Positions 23,431 through 37,706 of a stretch of 64,000 bases of DNA are shown in pieces (position 1 is the stretch's first letter; each line of letters starts with the position of its first letter). The position numbers were made by a program, and so were the translations under genes. Origin of the DNA: Gnetum montanum (taxonomy: Eukaryota > Plantae > Gnetophyta); NCBI GenBank assembly GCA_015680685.1, contig MNCI01002704.1:50701-114700 (forward strand), given 5' to 3'. A model generated the notes under the pieces. The model did no database searches. It was not told the origin of the DNA and was given only the letters and a program-made list of their open reading frames with translations.

Positions 23431-26400
23431 ACTTGGATTTAGTAGGTTTGAAGGTGATTTTCCATTAGAGTGAACTTACTCCATCATTGATATGGCATTC
23501 TAGGACATTGCATGGATGAACCATGAGTTAAAGATGATAGATGTTATTGAGGATTTTCAGGCCATCAAGGTTATCATGGAAGAGGGGTTAGGATAGTTGG
23601 TATTAGTGTGTGATAATTATTGGTCGATAGTGCTATGATGAATCCTTAAAGGATGGTTGCTTGTCTCATTAATATTTCCTTATTGAATGAGCTGATCATT
23701 TCTATGGTAGATGTAATTGAGAGCATTAAGATCAATTTCAAGACTTTGGCTAAATGGAACTTTCTTTTACTTAGAGTCTATCACAAGTAGTCCATAAGTG
23801 TGGATGACATTGCTTTGATAGCCTTGGATATTGGAATTAGTTTTCTTATCCTAGTGGCAATGCATTGCAACACTAGTAAGGACAATGTAAATGTCCTAAA
23901 GTTGTCCATGAATGTGGATAATGAAGATGATCCTATCTTTATTTGCCAATGATTGTATTAGTTTGTATTTTATTTTTTTAATGATTGATTTTGACAAGTA
24001 GGTTCCATAAATATCTTTCTCAGATACAGGACTATGTCATGAAATCATTACCTTCTTTTCTAATGATATGTCAAGCTTAGAATCTCCTATTATCTTTGAT
24101 CTAAGGAATAATATTCTAGAGCTTAAAATTTAAGGTATGTGTTTTTCAAATTATTTTACAAACAATGCCTTTTGTGCATGGCTACTAGTATTCACTATAT
24201 TTTTTCATTCCCTATATATTATAGGTTCCATTGAAGTTTGAAGGAAGTATTCTATTTACATTTTTTTTGATAGCATGAAAAATGTTTGAGCTATCAAAAA
24301 TTAGATTGAGGTTGTGTCTTGCTTGTTTTGAACTACTTGATTTATTTTGCTTTTAAAGATTATATAATGAAGAATGTTTTTTTTTATTTTATTTATCACC
24401 ATCTTTGTTATTAATCCCTAACATAAAAACTTATTAATAATTATTAAGTATGATCGTAAAAGTGAGGTTGGAGGCATGGAGGGCATGAATGCTAAAGATG
24501 CATCGATCATTGATGCTATTATGGTTGAAAATTGGAAAGGGGATGATAATAGGAGCTCATTTAGATTTATGAATATTGTAAACATGGTAGTTACATTAAC
24601 AATAGATGCTATTATAGTCAAAATTGGCTTGAGAATTATGGAAAAGATAATAGATGATAATTTTTAGCATGTTGTCACATGAGGTGTGATAGTTCTAGGC
24701 TATCTTAATGGTTCATAAGTAGTGAAGTAACAATATGCCCAACCATACGAATCACAAGCATTTACATGTGATCTAGTTGAATTCCATGGACTTAAAATTA
24801 GTTTGATGTCTTAGATAATCAAGTACTAAGATGATGATCATTATCTTCCCAATCACACTTGTGTGAAGTCAACTTAGATGGTTAAGCATGATTGAGGCAT
24901 ATGATTATATTTTTTATTATTAAAATATTTAAAATATTAATCTATCTAATCTAAGTGTAAAAGTTAAACCTAACTAGCCTAAGCATAGTGTCTTTATTCT
25001 TAATTTATTGTATTCATCTTGAACATGTACTACTACTACTAGGCATACCATGTGATTCACTATTGGAATTACCAAGTGTTAATAATTATATGGTCAAAAT
25101 AAGTCATACTTATGTATATTTACTTAAGTACATAAGAAAAAAATGCTTAAATATTTGTGTGAAAAGTAAATAAATAGTTAAGATGAATTATAAAACAGTA
25201 AATTAAAATGCTAATGCAAGTATTGCAATGGATAGAACAAAGCTTGATTTTCTTACCAACATGAAAATGTGTCTAGGTCTATCATTCACTTTCATAAAAC
25301 TTTTTATAACTTATTAAATTCATGCTATGGGGACTTAGAGGGAAAATTCAAACTTTTACAAGTCAAAATACAAGATCCTAGCTATTAGAATAACTAAACA
25401 GTGTCATAAATGTAGTGAGTGCACCTACTTATATAGACAAATATTGAGACTATGTTAGCATTGACACATCTCAAGCTATGTTGATAAACCTGCATTGATA
25501 TAGTTAATAAAATTATTATTCATCATACCTCCACAACTAATGAAAAACTCATCCCATGGTCAAAAAAATTGGAAGTAAGTTGTTTACAAAAATAGGTAAC
25601 TATGAGACTTACTAACTTACTAACTAAGACTTGAGTGCCACATGACATATAAAACTATTCAAGTGGTTTTTTATAATTGGACTTAATAATAGAAGTCACA
25701 TTAAAAAATAACCTTAGTTAATATGTACAAAATGATTGCTAGGTAGATGCCTTAAGTTGTGCTTAGAGGGCTAGCTTCTGTGATTGCTCCTCCTACCTTG
25801 GTTATTATTATGGTTACCCTACTACTACTACTTTCTCTAGATATTTGATTGTATTTAGTGTTGTAATGGAAAATATTGGTCACTAGAAAACCAAGGATTC
25901 TTAGCCATAAGAAACATCAACTCTGAATCACCAGGGCCTCAAAGAAAAAAAAAGGGATTCAAGATGCCCTAGATGATTTGGTAGATCATCTAGGGACTTA
26001 GTGGGGATGCAAAACAAGGGTGTAAAAATATGAAAATTTGTAGATCTAAAAGAAAAAATGAATAAAAATTTGACAAAAACTAAAACTATAAAATTTATTA
26101 ATTAAATAAAGAATGGGTTCAGGAATATGTACAAAAGTGCACGTAGGATAGCAAATGGGGGTTCACTTAGGCAAGGGTTTCAAGTTTGTTGAAGAATATG
26201 GAATTTTCTCCATGATTTGAATGCTCAACTACTCATAATGTTTTTAAATCTCTTCTATTACTACTCAAAATCTACAACTTGGGTAACTATTGGGATTGAG
26301 AAATGTGAAGGATTGAATATATCAATATGCTTCACGTTGAGACTTAGGGATTCTAGGAGGGGTAACGCTGACACTCTAGGCTTACAAATCCCAAGGGAGG

Positions 26401-27989
26401 TAACAAGGGTAACAATGCTATAATTGTTCAATTCTAACAAAACCTAAAAAGTTTCATTTCTACTACAAAGCAAGAGCTCTTAGATGCCAAATACTCAAAG
26501 TGTGCAAAATGCAAAGGATGTGGAGTTGCAAAAGTGTAGAACCTTGAAACGATGTTGGGATTTTTTTTATAGGGTTTTGGCCATGATTTGGACTGTAAAT
26601 TGACTATAAATGGATGATAGATTGGCTACCAAATTACTAAAAATTGCTACCACATTCAAGGGGGGGGTGTAGGTGAGATCCACCCCCATGTATCCACATC
26701 GCTAATCCCTCTATGCTTGCTGACCCCTTCATGTTGGCTTTAATGTCTCCTAGTTGGCTTGCCCCCTTTGAAAGGATTTGTTAGTGCAAAAAAGTGTATC
26801 CCCCCCACATAAAACCCATTAAAATACCATTTTTACCATTCCAAAAGGAAGTTTTTACTTCTCCAAGCCTAAATATAGACACTAGGTGACTCGTTTCACT
26901 TGGGACATGAGGCATTGGCCACTTCTGAGGTAATTTAGCCCCAAAAGTATGAAATATTTGAGATTGCCCCTCATGGATTACAACCTTCACATTTACAGTG
27001 AAGTTTTACCTCAAGTTTCATGGGATGAGATTATGAAGATTACAACATGCAAATTTGATGGTGTTTCATTGACCCCTCTTTGTTGGTATCTAGGGGATTG
27101 ACCCGAGAGGCTCCAACAAACAATACAAAACACCACTATAGGTCCACCATCGACACTCCCTATTTGTGCTTGATCCAGTTGTGTTGAACTATGTCAAAGA
27201 GTGCTTGTGATGATGGAAAAAGGCTGTGATAACATGAAGATAATGGTTATAGGGAAATGTTCATGGAGGCTAATAATTCATTCCAAATGTTAACATCATG
27301 ATCATGTTTTGAAGCATTGGTCACTTAACAAATGCATTTGATGATCCAATCACTTTGCTCTAGGATTTCTTTGGTCATTGGGATTTGAGGCTTCATTAGT
27401 CATTCATGATCTTGGCAATTTGCTCCCCTATCATTCTTTTATTAGGTAAAACCTTCATTACATTTCATTTCCAAGGCTAGTTTGATGTGGTTTTCCAGTT
27501 GGATGATCTATGTTATACTAAACATACTTGGTCCTCCCATCATAATGAGATGTGTTATGCTTGATGCATGATGAAGAGATATCATATGGTTATAGTGCAT
27601 GAGTGACAAAAATTGGTCAACATTGCTGCTTAGGGTAATGAAAGCTATATTGAGGCTATGGGGCTAGGCTCAAGGAGTGATGCTAGATGGAGGAAAATGG
27701 TACATCAAGGTTGCACATCATGCACCAAATCATGCACACCATGCTGCCATAATGAGTTGCATCCTTGTGATGATCCTAAGCTTCATTCTACAAACACAAC
27801 TCTAAGAAAATAAATAACCAAAAAAAATAACATGTTACAACATTATAATGCATATGGGCCACATATAATGATAAATCTTAAGCTACGAAGGTCATCAATG
27901 CTACTAGTTTAATGCCATGGTAGGCCATGGTACTAGTTTAAGACCTCGATAGGCCATACTGAGTAGATTTGCTTGTTGATGATCACTAG

Positions 27990-30900
27990 GTACATGTAAT
28001 ATGGTTTTATATAGATTGGCTAGATTGACCAACTCATTTCCATCCATGTTAGAAATATTGAATGCTCTACTCTTATAGGCTCTAATGATAAGGAAGAGTC
28101 CTTCCAGTTGGATAAGAATTTATCTACATGCTTGTAGATGGCTTTGAGAATTAGGTCACCCTTCTTGGTCTTATGCTTGGTCAAGTTATGGTGGTGCTAC
28201 CATTTCTACCTTTCTTAATAGTTCTTGACATGAGCAAGCACTTGCATACATTGCTCCTCCATCGAGTCTAGGTCCACCATGTACAACTCCTTGCTTTGTT
28301 CATCATTGATGAAGTTAGTGAGGGCCACCCAAAGTTTTGGCACATGCAATTCAAAAGGTAAAACAACTTCAAAACCATAAACTAAGCTATAATAATTTAT
28401 GCTAGTTGTTGTACAGTAAGTGCATGAACAAGCTACTCATGCCATTTTCACTTACTATTATTGAACATCTTCTTGAGTAAGTTGATGATGGCCTTATTGC
28501 TTGCTTTTTCTTGTTCATTGGCTTGAGGGTAATAAGTCAATCAAAAGGAATGTTAATAGCTAGGTCATGATAGAAATATTTTTTTTCTTAGCTACTAAAT
28601 TATGATTCATTATCTATAACTATGAGCATGGGTATGCCAAAATGGGCTACAATGTTATCCAAGATAAATTTATAGATTTTCTTAGATGTAGTCTTCCTTA
28701 AGAGAATAACTTCAACCCATTTAGTAAAGTATTCACTTATGATGATGATGAAGCTATGTCCTACTGAATACTTAGGCATTATGGGCCCAATGATATCCAA
28801 TCCCCATCATTGAAACAACCAAGTAATTTGAGTTTTATCAACTCATTTGGTGATACATGTATGAGGTTGCTATACTATTGGCACATGTCATATCACTTAA
28901 CCTTTTGCAGGTAATCACTTTTAATATAGGGCTAGTAATAGCCTAACTATCTAATTTTAGAGGCCATAGCTCTAGGTCCTATGTGTCACTCACAAATACC
29001 CTTGTGAAGATTCTCTAGGACTATTCTATCTTTGGTTTTACCCAAGAACTTTAATAATATGCCATCGTAGAATCATTAACATAATGTGTTATCACCTACA
29101 ATGACATACTATTTTGATTGTTTGCGTATAGCATCCTTTTAAGTAGTAGTAAAGTATTGTGATGACTTTACATGCATAAGGTAAAATTTGATATCATTGT
29201 ACCACTCCCTGATAAGAGTAATATGTACTACAACCACAAAGGTATCCTTAGCATTTTGCATGATGGTAATAGCACAATCCATGGTCAAGATGGGTAACTT
29301 ACTAAACACATCTAGTGATACAATGAGGGCTAATGTTGCAATTGCATTAGCTATGATGTTCTCATTTTAGGGTATGTGCTAGATATCATCATCTACAAAT
29401 TATTGTAACAATTACTTTCCTAGGTTACAGTAATGTTGTAAGTGTTTGGATTTACATGCATAGACCTCAGTTACTTGGTTACCCATAAGTTGTGAATTAC
29501 CTTTAATTGTTAAGCATCTAATTCCTAAGTTACAAGCTACCATCATCCTCTAATCAAATCCTTATACTTCGCTATATTATTTGTACATGGAAATTAAAAA
29601 TGATAGGTAAAGGATTAGATTTCACCTGATGGGAATGTTATGATGGTAGTGACATTAGTCCCATGGGTAGTTGAAGCTCTGTCAAAGATCATGACTATCT
29701 CATAACCCTCAGGCATTTGGTTAATTATGTTAATGTGCTCATTAGGGCACTTAGGATCTATTACTACTTGGTCATCAACTAGTGATACTATGAATTGCAT
29801 GACTATGGCTTGACCCTTCATTGAGGATTGATAGATGTAATGAAGGTCAAAGTTTGCTATTATGGCTTTCCATTGAGCTATATGGCTACTTTTGTAGATG
29901 TTGAACATTATGGCTCTAAGCATGTTATCTTTGCAAATGACATTGAATTGGCTTTTAAAGAGGTAGTGTCTCCACTTCTTCAATGAGAAGACTAGTGCTA
30001 GACAATAGTTCTTCACTTTAGTGTATTAGGTCTTGTGGGTAACTAATGCATGGCTAAGGTAGTACACTGACATCTCTACTTCATTATCATGATTCTAGCA
30101 AAGTAGAGAGGCAATGGATATTTTGCAGATGACAAGCTAGATGTAAAATGGTTTACCCTCTCGCTATGGATAGACCATTGGTAGCTATCCCAACCCTTGC
30201 TCAAGGTTTTCAAAGGCCTCTTAAAATTGAGTCATCCACTCTTAGTGAACCCCTATCTTAAGTAAGTGTTACATGAGTTGTAACTTATCTATGAGCCTAG
30301 TGATAAATGTATTAATAAATTGTAGTCTACCTTTCAATCCCTGAAGATCCTTAAGGTTGGTAGGTGCTGCTAATTTTGATATGACCTTAACCTTATCAGG
30401 ATCAACATAAATTCCTACTTTAAATACTACAAAGCCAATCATCATATTGGTCCTAACATAGAAAACATAGTTCTTAGGATTGAGCCTAAGCTCACCTGAG
30501 GCATTATTTAAGGACAAGGTCTAGGTCATTAGCATGGTCACTAGGTAGTTTGGACTTAACAACTATATCATCTACATAATCATTGAGTAAACCTAGCATG
30601 TAATCATTGAAGATATAGGTCATGACTCATTGATAGGTTGCTCCTACATTCTTAAGGCCAAAGGGCATCATGGTATAGCAAAAGGAACCCCAAGTGGTTA
30701 TGAAGGTCCTGCTAAGTTGGTGCTCTGGGTTGATGCTAATCTAGTTATATCTTGAGAATCCATCCATAAAGGATAATAATGCATGTGTAGCCTTAGTATC
30801 AATAAGTTGATCAATACTATGCAAAGGAAAGTCATCCTTGATAGTTGCTTTATTTAGGTCTCGGAAATCAATGCAAATATAGATACTCCCATTTTTCTTA

Positions 30901-31485
30901 GGGACTACCAGTATGTTGGAGACACATTCTGTGTAGTTGATAGCCCTAATGAAACTAGCTTGGTAGAGCTTTGAGATCTCACCATGGATTTCCAAGGCCA
31001 AATCAAGTCTAATCTTGTGTACTTTTTTGCTTAATTGGTGTAATGCTAGGGTCTCGTATGATGTTGTGTTGTACTAAACATGATTCTAGGCCTAGCATAT
31101 CTTCATATGACCAAGTAAAGAAATTAATGTTGTCTTGTAGTGCCTTGGTGATGTCTTGAGCCTATTGAGGTTACACTGAAGAATTTAGTTTAAGGGTTTT
31201 CTCCTCACCATTGTGTATCATGATAGAAACCTTAATTAGAGAGTCTTTGGTTATTTCACCCACTTGTATGTCAAGGGTTTTGACTAGGCTTTTAGGCCAT
31301 TCTAGAGGTTTCTCTATCGAGGCTATGTGGTCAACAAGACTCTTAGGCTCAAGATCTAGACAATTAGGGTTAATACACCATTCAACATCACCTTGGAGTC
31401 TGCTTAGATACAAAGGAAAACTGATTTTCTTCTAGGTACTCATACTCTAATCTTGCATGTCAACCAAATGCATATTAAGTGGCTC
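27990..31485 (-). pseudogene. pol: pol remnant: reverse transcriptase, RNase H, additional archaeal-type RNase H, integrase
   Basis: RT: VVPKKNGSIYICIDFRDLNKA..FMDGFSRYN and YVDD (~30570). RH: KNYCLALVFSLKKWRHYL. aRH: MIFDRAS, CTNNIAKY, KGNSQLM. INT: DIIGPI..GHSFIII.SEYFTKWVE..HFGIP..IVIDN. Many stops. Confidence 0.9.
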
Positions 31486-32149
31486 CTAAGAAAAAGTGAA
31501 TAAACAATGCTAAAATGCTATAAAATTATGCCAATACATATAATTCTAATGCAAATAAGATCATCCGAGGTTATAAATAGGATAAAAGAAAGTAAATAAA
31601 GTGCAATAAGAACCAAATAAAGGCCCAAAAAAAGATCAAACAAAGGGAATTATGAGAGCTAAGGCAACAAATGGTCAACAAGGATAACAGTTCTGTCATT
31701 TTTAGGCCATAGTAGGCCATGATGACATTTTAAGGCCATAGAGGACAATGGTCACATGGTGCAAAATGGTGGTTAGAAAAGGTCAAAGCCCACCATTCAA
31801 TATTAATCAAAGGCTAAACAAAGATAAATAAGGATATAATAAGACAAATAAAGAAAATACAAGGCTATATAAAGATTGTACTAGGTTGAGAAGGTCATCA
31901 ATGTAACACTAGGCCCAAAACAAGTCAAGACATCATGTAATAAAGCTAAATTAAGCAAAAGAGGCTACCTATGATGAAACTTGGCTAACATATCATTAAA
32001 AGGGATTAGGTTTTGCTAGTTTTAGGCCTTACTAGGCCATGGTTTAAGGCTATAGGGATCATGGGCTAGTTTGGGCATTAGCTAGGGATATTTCTAGGAT
32101 ATTTGGAGTAAAAAAAGCTAAGCTTTCAAAGCTTCCATGTTGGAACCCC

Positions 32150-35100
32150 CTTGGTTCCATGCTACTTAGCATGGAAGGGGTGGCACCTAGTGTGGAGGAA
32201 ACATCAAGAGGATTTTCAAGGCTTGTTCTGGCTAATGTTTGACTCCTAGTATCTTGGATGTTAGTGCAGTTTGCTAGGGAAGGGAATGGACTAGTTTTAA
32301 CACTTGTTTCAACTTTTGGAACCCCTCTTTTGAGCCCAAAAATGTCTTTCACATAGGCCATCATGGAGTAAACATGGAGACTAAGGAAAACATGTTTCGT
32401 GACATCAAAAGGGTTAACATTGGGATTCCAAGGCCTCCCCAAGAGAGCACAAGGTTAGATCTATCAAAATTAGTCACTTTTGATGTCAAAAATTATCACA
32501 CAAGCATGTAGGTTACATCCCCTATCTCCACACTATCTAGCATGGAGGATAGGGGGCTTAGTGTATAGGATGCAAAATTAAGCTAAAATAGGATTAAAGA
32601 TGGTTGTATGAACACCTAGGACTAAGATCTAATAGTTGTGCATCTTCTAATTACATTTTGGCCCCATTTGAATATGGGTTTGAGTGTTAAATCAAGTCTA
32701 AACTAGTCTCCACATTAGTTCCACATTGGCTAGCATTGAACTGGTGTAAAGTAGAGGGAGGCTTTTACGTTTTGGTTCTAAAGAGATCCTAGATGCAAAT
32801 TGATCACGTTTCTAGGCTCCTAGGGCTACAAACATTGATTACCTAAGTTTTTGGCTAATTTTGGTCATATTTGAAGGCTTTTTAAGGTTATGAAAGACTT
32901 CACCCCCCTTAATCCATGCTAAGGAGGTTTCTCTAGCATGGAAGAAGAGAGAAGATGGGATTTGAGGGTCAAAACTAGATTAAACAAATGCAATCTTTAA
33001 GATATGAGGTCTTAGGCTTCCTTAGTGTTGATTATTGATCTCGTGAAGTGTTGATTTATTATCTAAGGCCAAAAGGTAGGTCCTCCATGCTCACAATATG
33101 TTAGCTAGAGTGAAGGAGGGGGGTGCTTAGTGCTAAAGATGTTGGGTATTGGTTTATGGCTATTTCAAGCTTGTTTTATGAGGTTTGGTGACTCCAAAAG
33201 GTGTTGACAAGGTTCTAGGGTGAAAATTTGGTAATTTTGAAGGCTCCTAAGGGATTTTAGATGTTACCCCCTTGGTTCCACACTAGCGCTACACTAGCTA
33301 GGATGGAACAAGCTAGGAGGATCTCAAGCGATCAAATTTTGACTATGTTTGATGAATTTTTCAAGATTCAAAGGCTCTAGAGGGTGTCACTAGTTTCTAA
33401 GGTGCATGCAAGGTCATTTGATGTTATTATGAGGTGTTTGTGAGTTCCAAATGAAATTATTATCTAGTATCCATGTTGGCCAATGTGGATGATGGAGTCC
33501 TAAACATGGAAGAATCAAAAATCTTAGATTTGAACCAATTTTGACCTCAATTGATCATGCATGTATGCTCCTAGTATTTCCAAGGTCAAGAGGTAGGGTT
33601 TAAGGTAAAAAATACTGAATTTCAAGGTTTTCTAGGTGTTTGGTGTCACTCCTTTAGTTCCATGCTAGCTCCATGTTGCCCAACATGGAACCAACTAGGA
33701 AGATAAGAGGGGATTAGTTTTTGGAAATTTTGGATTAGTTCTAGCTGTGCATGTGTAGTTCCAAGGTTGCTAATGTCGATAATGAAGGTCCAAAGTCAAA
33801 AGTTATCAATTTTAAGGGGTTTTAATGGTTTTTGGCTTACCCATTTTACTCCACATTAGCTCCATTCTCGCTAGCTAGGAGGATACAAGAGGGTTGATTT
33901 TTGACTAATTTTAGCTATTTTTGGTCATGCATGTATGTTCCAAGGTTATAGAAGATGATAGAAAAAGCCTATGGCTGAAATTTGGTAGTTTCTAAGGATT
34001 TTAGATGGTTTTATGTGTTTTCCCCATGTTCCATGTTGGGTTCATGCTGGGAATGTTATGATGTTGACTAGAGTTCATTTTGAGGTAAAACTTGGAGGTT
34101 TTTAACCATCCCCTCATCGACATTAGCCACATACTATCTAGCATGGAAGATGGGAAGCATAATAGGGAGGATTAAGGAGTTAGGTTTTGGATAACTTCTG
34201 GTAGGTTTTGATAGTGCTTCAAAGTTGTTAGTGGTTGTAGAGATTAGAAAATAAGATTTGATCTTAAAATCCCTCAATTTTGAGGCTTCTTGGCATTCAT
34301 GTAGTCATTTTCCATTTCCTTCATGCTAGGTAGGGTGGCCTTAGTGTGGAAGGTAGGGGGATGATGTCTTTTTATTATTTTTGACAAGTCCCAAGGCATT
34401 GGAAGGCTCTGGTAGGCTTTGTTAGTTTCTATAGGTTACTAGGGTCAATCATAGGGTTGTTTTAGGTCATAAATATGAGTTTTATGGCATCCCTTAGATT
34501 ATCCACATTAGCTAGAATGGAACCAACTTGGAAGATAAGTGAAGAGAAAATTCTAGTTATTTTTGGTGAACATTGGATATGCATGTTCACCTTCATGGTT
34601 ATTGGTGTTGATAGTTAAGACCCAAAGCTAAAATTTGGCATTTTAAGGCTTTCTTAGTGATTTTTAAGCTTTCCTCTCTACTTCCATACTAGCTCCACAT
34701 TGGCTAGCATGGAACTATCTAGGAAAATTTTATAGGATTTATTTTGACTACTTTATATTAAATCTCTAAGGTTTGAGAACTCTTGGATGTGTGGATAGGG
34801 TTGTAGGACATACATAGATCAAATTTAGTTTATTGTGGTGTATTTATGACCTCCCATGAACCTTCCTAGCTACCTCCACATTGGTTAGCATGGAGAGGGG
34901 GATTTTCCAACTAGGAGAAGCTTAAAGGATGGAAATCAACTCAAAATTCCATTACTATCAACCACCCAAAGTCATGAAGGGATAATAGGGCTATGTAGGG
35001 CTAAACTATGGTCATTTGAATTTTGGAAAAGGGTTTTATGTTATACTCCTTGAGCCTGCATGCTAGCCAATGTAGAATGGGGGGTGGGGGGGTGGGTGTG

Positions 35101-35700
35101 TGAGTGGGGGGTGGGGAGGAATTTCACTAATTTGAGGTAAGATGTAAGATTAAAAATCAACTTTTTTTAATGCAAAACTAGGCTACCAGAGGTTGTACAG
35201 GAGTATGGAGGTGAAAACATGGTAACTAGGCAATCGATTTAGGTAGCTTTGGTTATTCCCCAATCCATCGACATTAGGTTTAAGGTGCTCAATGTCAATG
35301 ATGCCTTCCCCAACATGGAAACATAAAATCCCAAGATTTTTACGACTTTCAACTGAGTTTTCCAAGGTTTTAGGTATACTAGGGATGGTTGGAGGGGTTC
35401 TAGGTCATGTGGATCCACTTCGGAGGTTAGATCTAGGTGTGATGGGAATTTTGGTAGGGGGAGGATAAGAATAGGTGTTACGCCCTTTCTTCCATGCTAG
35501 GCAAGGTTGGTATAGTGTGGAAACCAAAGATGTCTAGTTTTGGTAAGGTCTAACCCCATTTTGGAGCCCATAGTTGGATGAGGTAAGTTGTGGCAACTAC
35601 AAATGGCAAGAAAGGTGGGTTTGAGGGTCAAAATAAGGCAGGAGGCATGTATCCACACTTGGCATGGTATCCCTAGTGTAGAGGCATGTATGTTATGACT
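32150..35700. repeat. Degenerate ~190-bp-period array with a palindromic TTCCA(C/T)..TAGC..GGAA core
   Basis: Cores at approximately 32155, 32348, 32527, 32719, 32913, 33084, 33276, 33470, 33658, 33850, 34029, 34128, 34320, 34502, 34682, 34875, 35057, 35490 and 35652. Example: TTCCATGCTActTAGCATGGAA at 32155-32176. Confidence 0.8.
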
Positions 35701-37706
35701 TGTATATGTTTCTAAGTATTCAAGGAATCAAAACCCCAGTGTTGATGAAGTTTAAAGCCTAAAAACATCATGTATGAGGGTGTAGGGTGGAGCCAATGGA
35801 TTAAAAATCCAAAAATTAAGAAAAAAAAAGTGTAATTGTTGTTTCCTTTTCTACTTATAGAATGGAGGATAATTTATCCCCCCTTGGAATTTAGTGCATG
35901 TTGATTTCTAACATAAAAAATTAGCAATAGGCGATTAAGAGTGGAAACATTAGGTTTGTTTGGTTTTTATTGTCAAATCTTGCAAAAAATCATCACAAAT
36001 CACCATTTTAATACCCAATGAACTAGAAGAGAGCCTTAGCACAAGTTTTTGTAGAAAAATTTATCAATCTTCAACATTGAAGCTTTAGATCTTCTCCTAG
36101 CCAGCATAGAAGTCTTAGCCCTCTTTAGTTTTCAAGCTTTTTCAACATTGTGCAACCATGATGAAGAAATGTAGTGGAAAAAATCCCAAGATTCAAGCAT
36201 TAGATGAGGTAGCCAATAACATCTCTAAATTTCCTAGGGATGTTTCCATTCAAGGATCCTTATCTACTACATGGTAGATCATTCTTGGCTTTTTTTCATG
36301 ATTTCCTAGCCATTTTTGTGTTTTCCTAGCTAGGAAAAGGCTATTTTTGTCAAATTTACTCAAAAGGGCTTGATAAAATTAAATTGAAATGAAGTCCTAC
36401 ATCATGTTTTGGCCATTTTCATATATATTTATGGTTCTTTTAATATTTTTTCCTTGGTAGATTCAATTTTTAAAAATACGCTTGCTATTTTGATGCTTTT
36501 TTCTAAAATTTTATAATGGGAATGTTTTTCTTAAATCTAAGGTGAATGAATTTTTAAAATTAAATTTTTACAAAACCCTACACCCTTATTGTGATGTGTT
36601 TTTTGGTGGGTAGAAGTTGGTTTGACCATTTTTCTTGTAATCTCTGACGAAATCAAGTTAGGTTTTACAAGTGCTGTACTTTTTGAAGCTTTCTTCATAG
36701 AAAAAGCAAGAAATGTTCTGTATTTCTTGTTAAGAAAAATTTTCTTTTTTGCAAAATATAATTTTATGGATTTTTAACGTTACATTTAAGCTTTTTAATG
36801 GCTATGATTTTAGTTGATTTGGAGTTATATCGATGACATTATGGCTATTCCAATTTGGTTGTGTAATCAAGGTTTGTGCCATTTTATAGATTTTCATCCA
36901 AATTAATGAATTTTTATTGAATAAATAGCTAACGTTTTGAATATTTTAAATCTTGGATGTGTAGAGCTCGATTCAAGATTTCAAAGTATGGTGGAGTCAC
37001 TCTATGTGGTGCTCAAACAAATTTTCAGTGAATTTTCTCCTAACCCTATGCTAAAGGGGGTTAAGATTGATGGCTATGGTTTTGCTATTTTTAGCTATGT
37101 TTAATGTAAAAATGGTTATGTTTTTTGAGTTATAATGGCCATGGCTAAACATTTCGTGATTTTAAGATTTATTCCATGGTAAAATCACTAAAATCAGAGC
37201 TAGGATGAATATTTAGTAAATTTTCTATCCAATTTATGTTAATAAGGCTTAATTTTGGTTGTAGCACTTTGTCCCTTTTGGGATGGATTTGGTTGACATA
37301 CTTAGAAATTTTTCTTGTCAAATTCCATGCCCTTTGGGATGCTGAAAAATGTACACTATGCTCTAATGTTGGTTCCATGAGAAAAAGATCCTTTTAATAT
37401 TTTTAGTAAGTTGTTTACTATGGCTATTTCTTCTATGTTTTTAATGCTTTTCCTAAGTTAATGCATGGTTTAGACTAAGGCATAATCCTGGTTATGAGGT
37501 TTTGGTTATAATATTTTGGATATAAAGTAAGAGGCTATGAAAGATTGTAATAATGTCTTTTGTGGAATTTCTTGAGCAAATTTGATTAAACATCTTAGAT
37601 CTTTCTACAAAGGCTAATCTCATCCTAGACTAAAATTTGTAAAACTCATAAAAAATTCCAAGTGTCAAAATGTGGTTTTGATGGCGTTCATGTTTTTCCC
37701 CTGTAG

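Noticed and set aside
19000-25700. Possible decayed transposase or gene in the AT-rich stretch
   Set aside because: No diagnostic motif or termini could be recognised by eye apart from the LTR fragment at ~22434.
25843-25856. 14-bp flank identical to the far LTR end (atttgattgtattt)
   Set aside because: AT-rich, part of the host reading frame, and not matched in the other LTR. Treated as coincidence.
32150-35700. CRISPR-like appearance (palindromic repeat with variable spacers)
   Set aside because: Plant retrotransposon context, degenerate repeats, ~165-bp spacers that are partly homologous to each other, and no cas genes.
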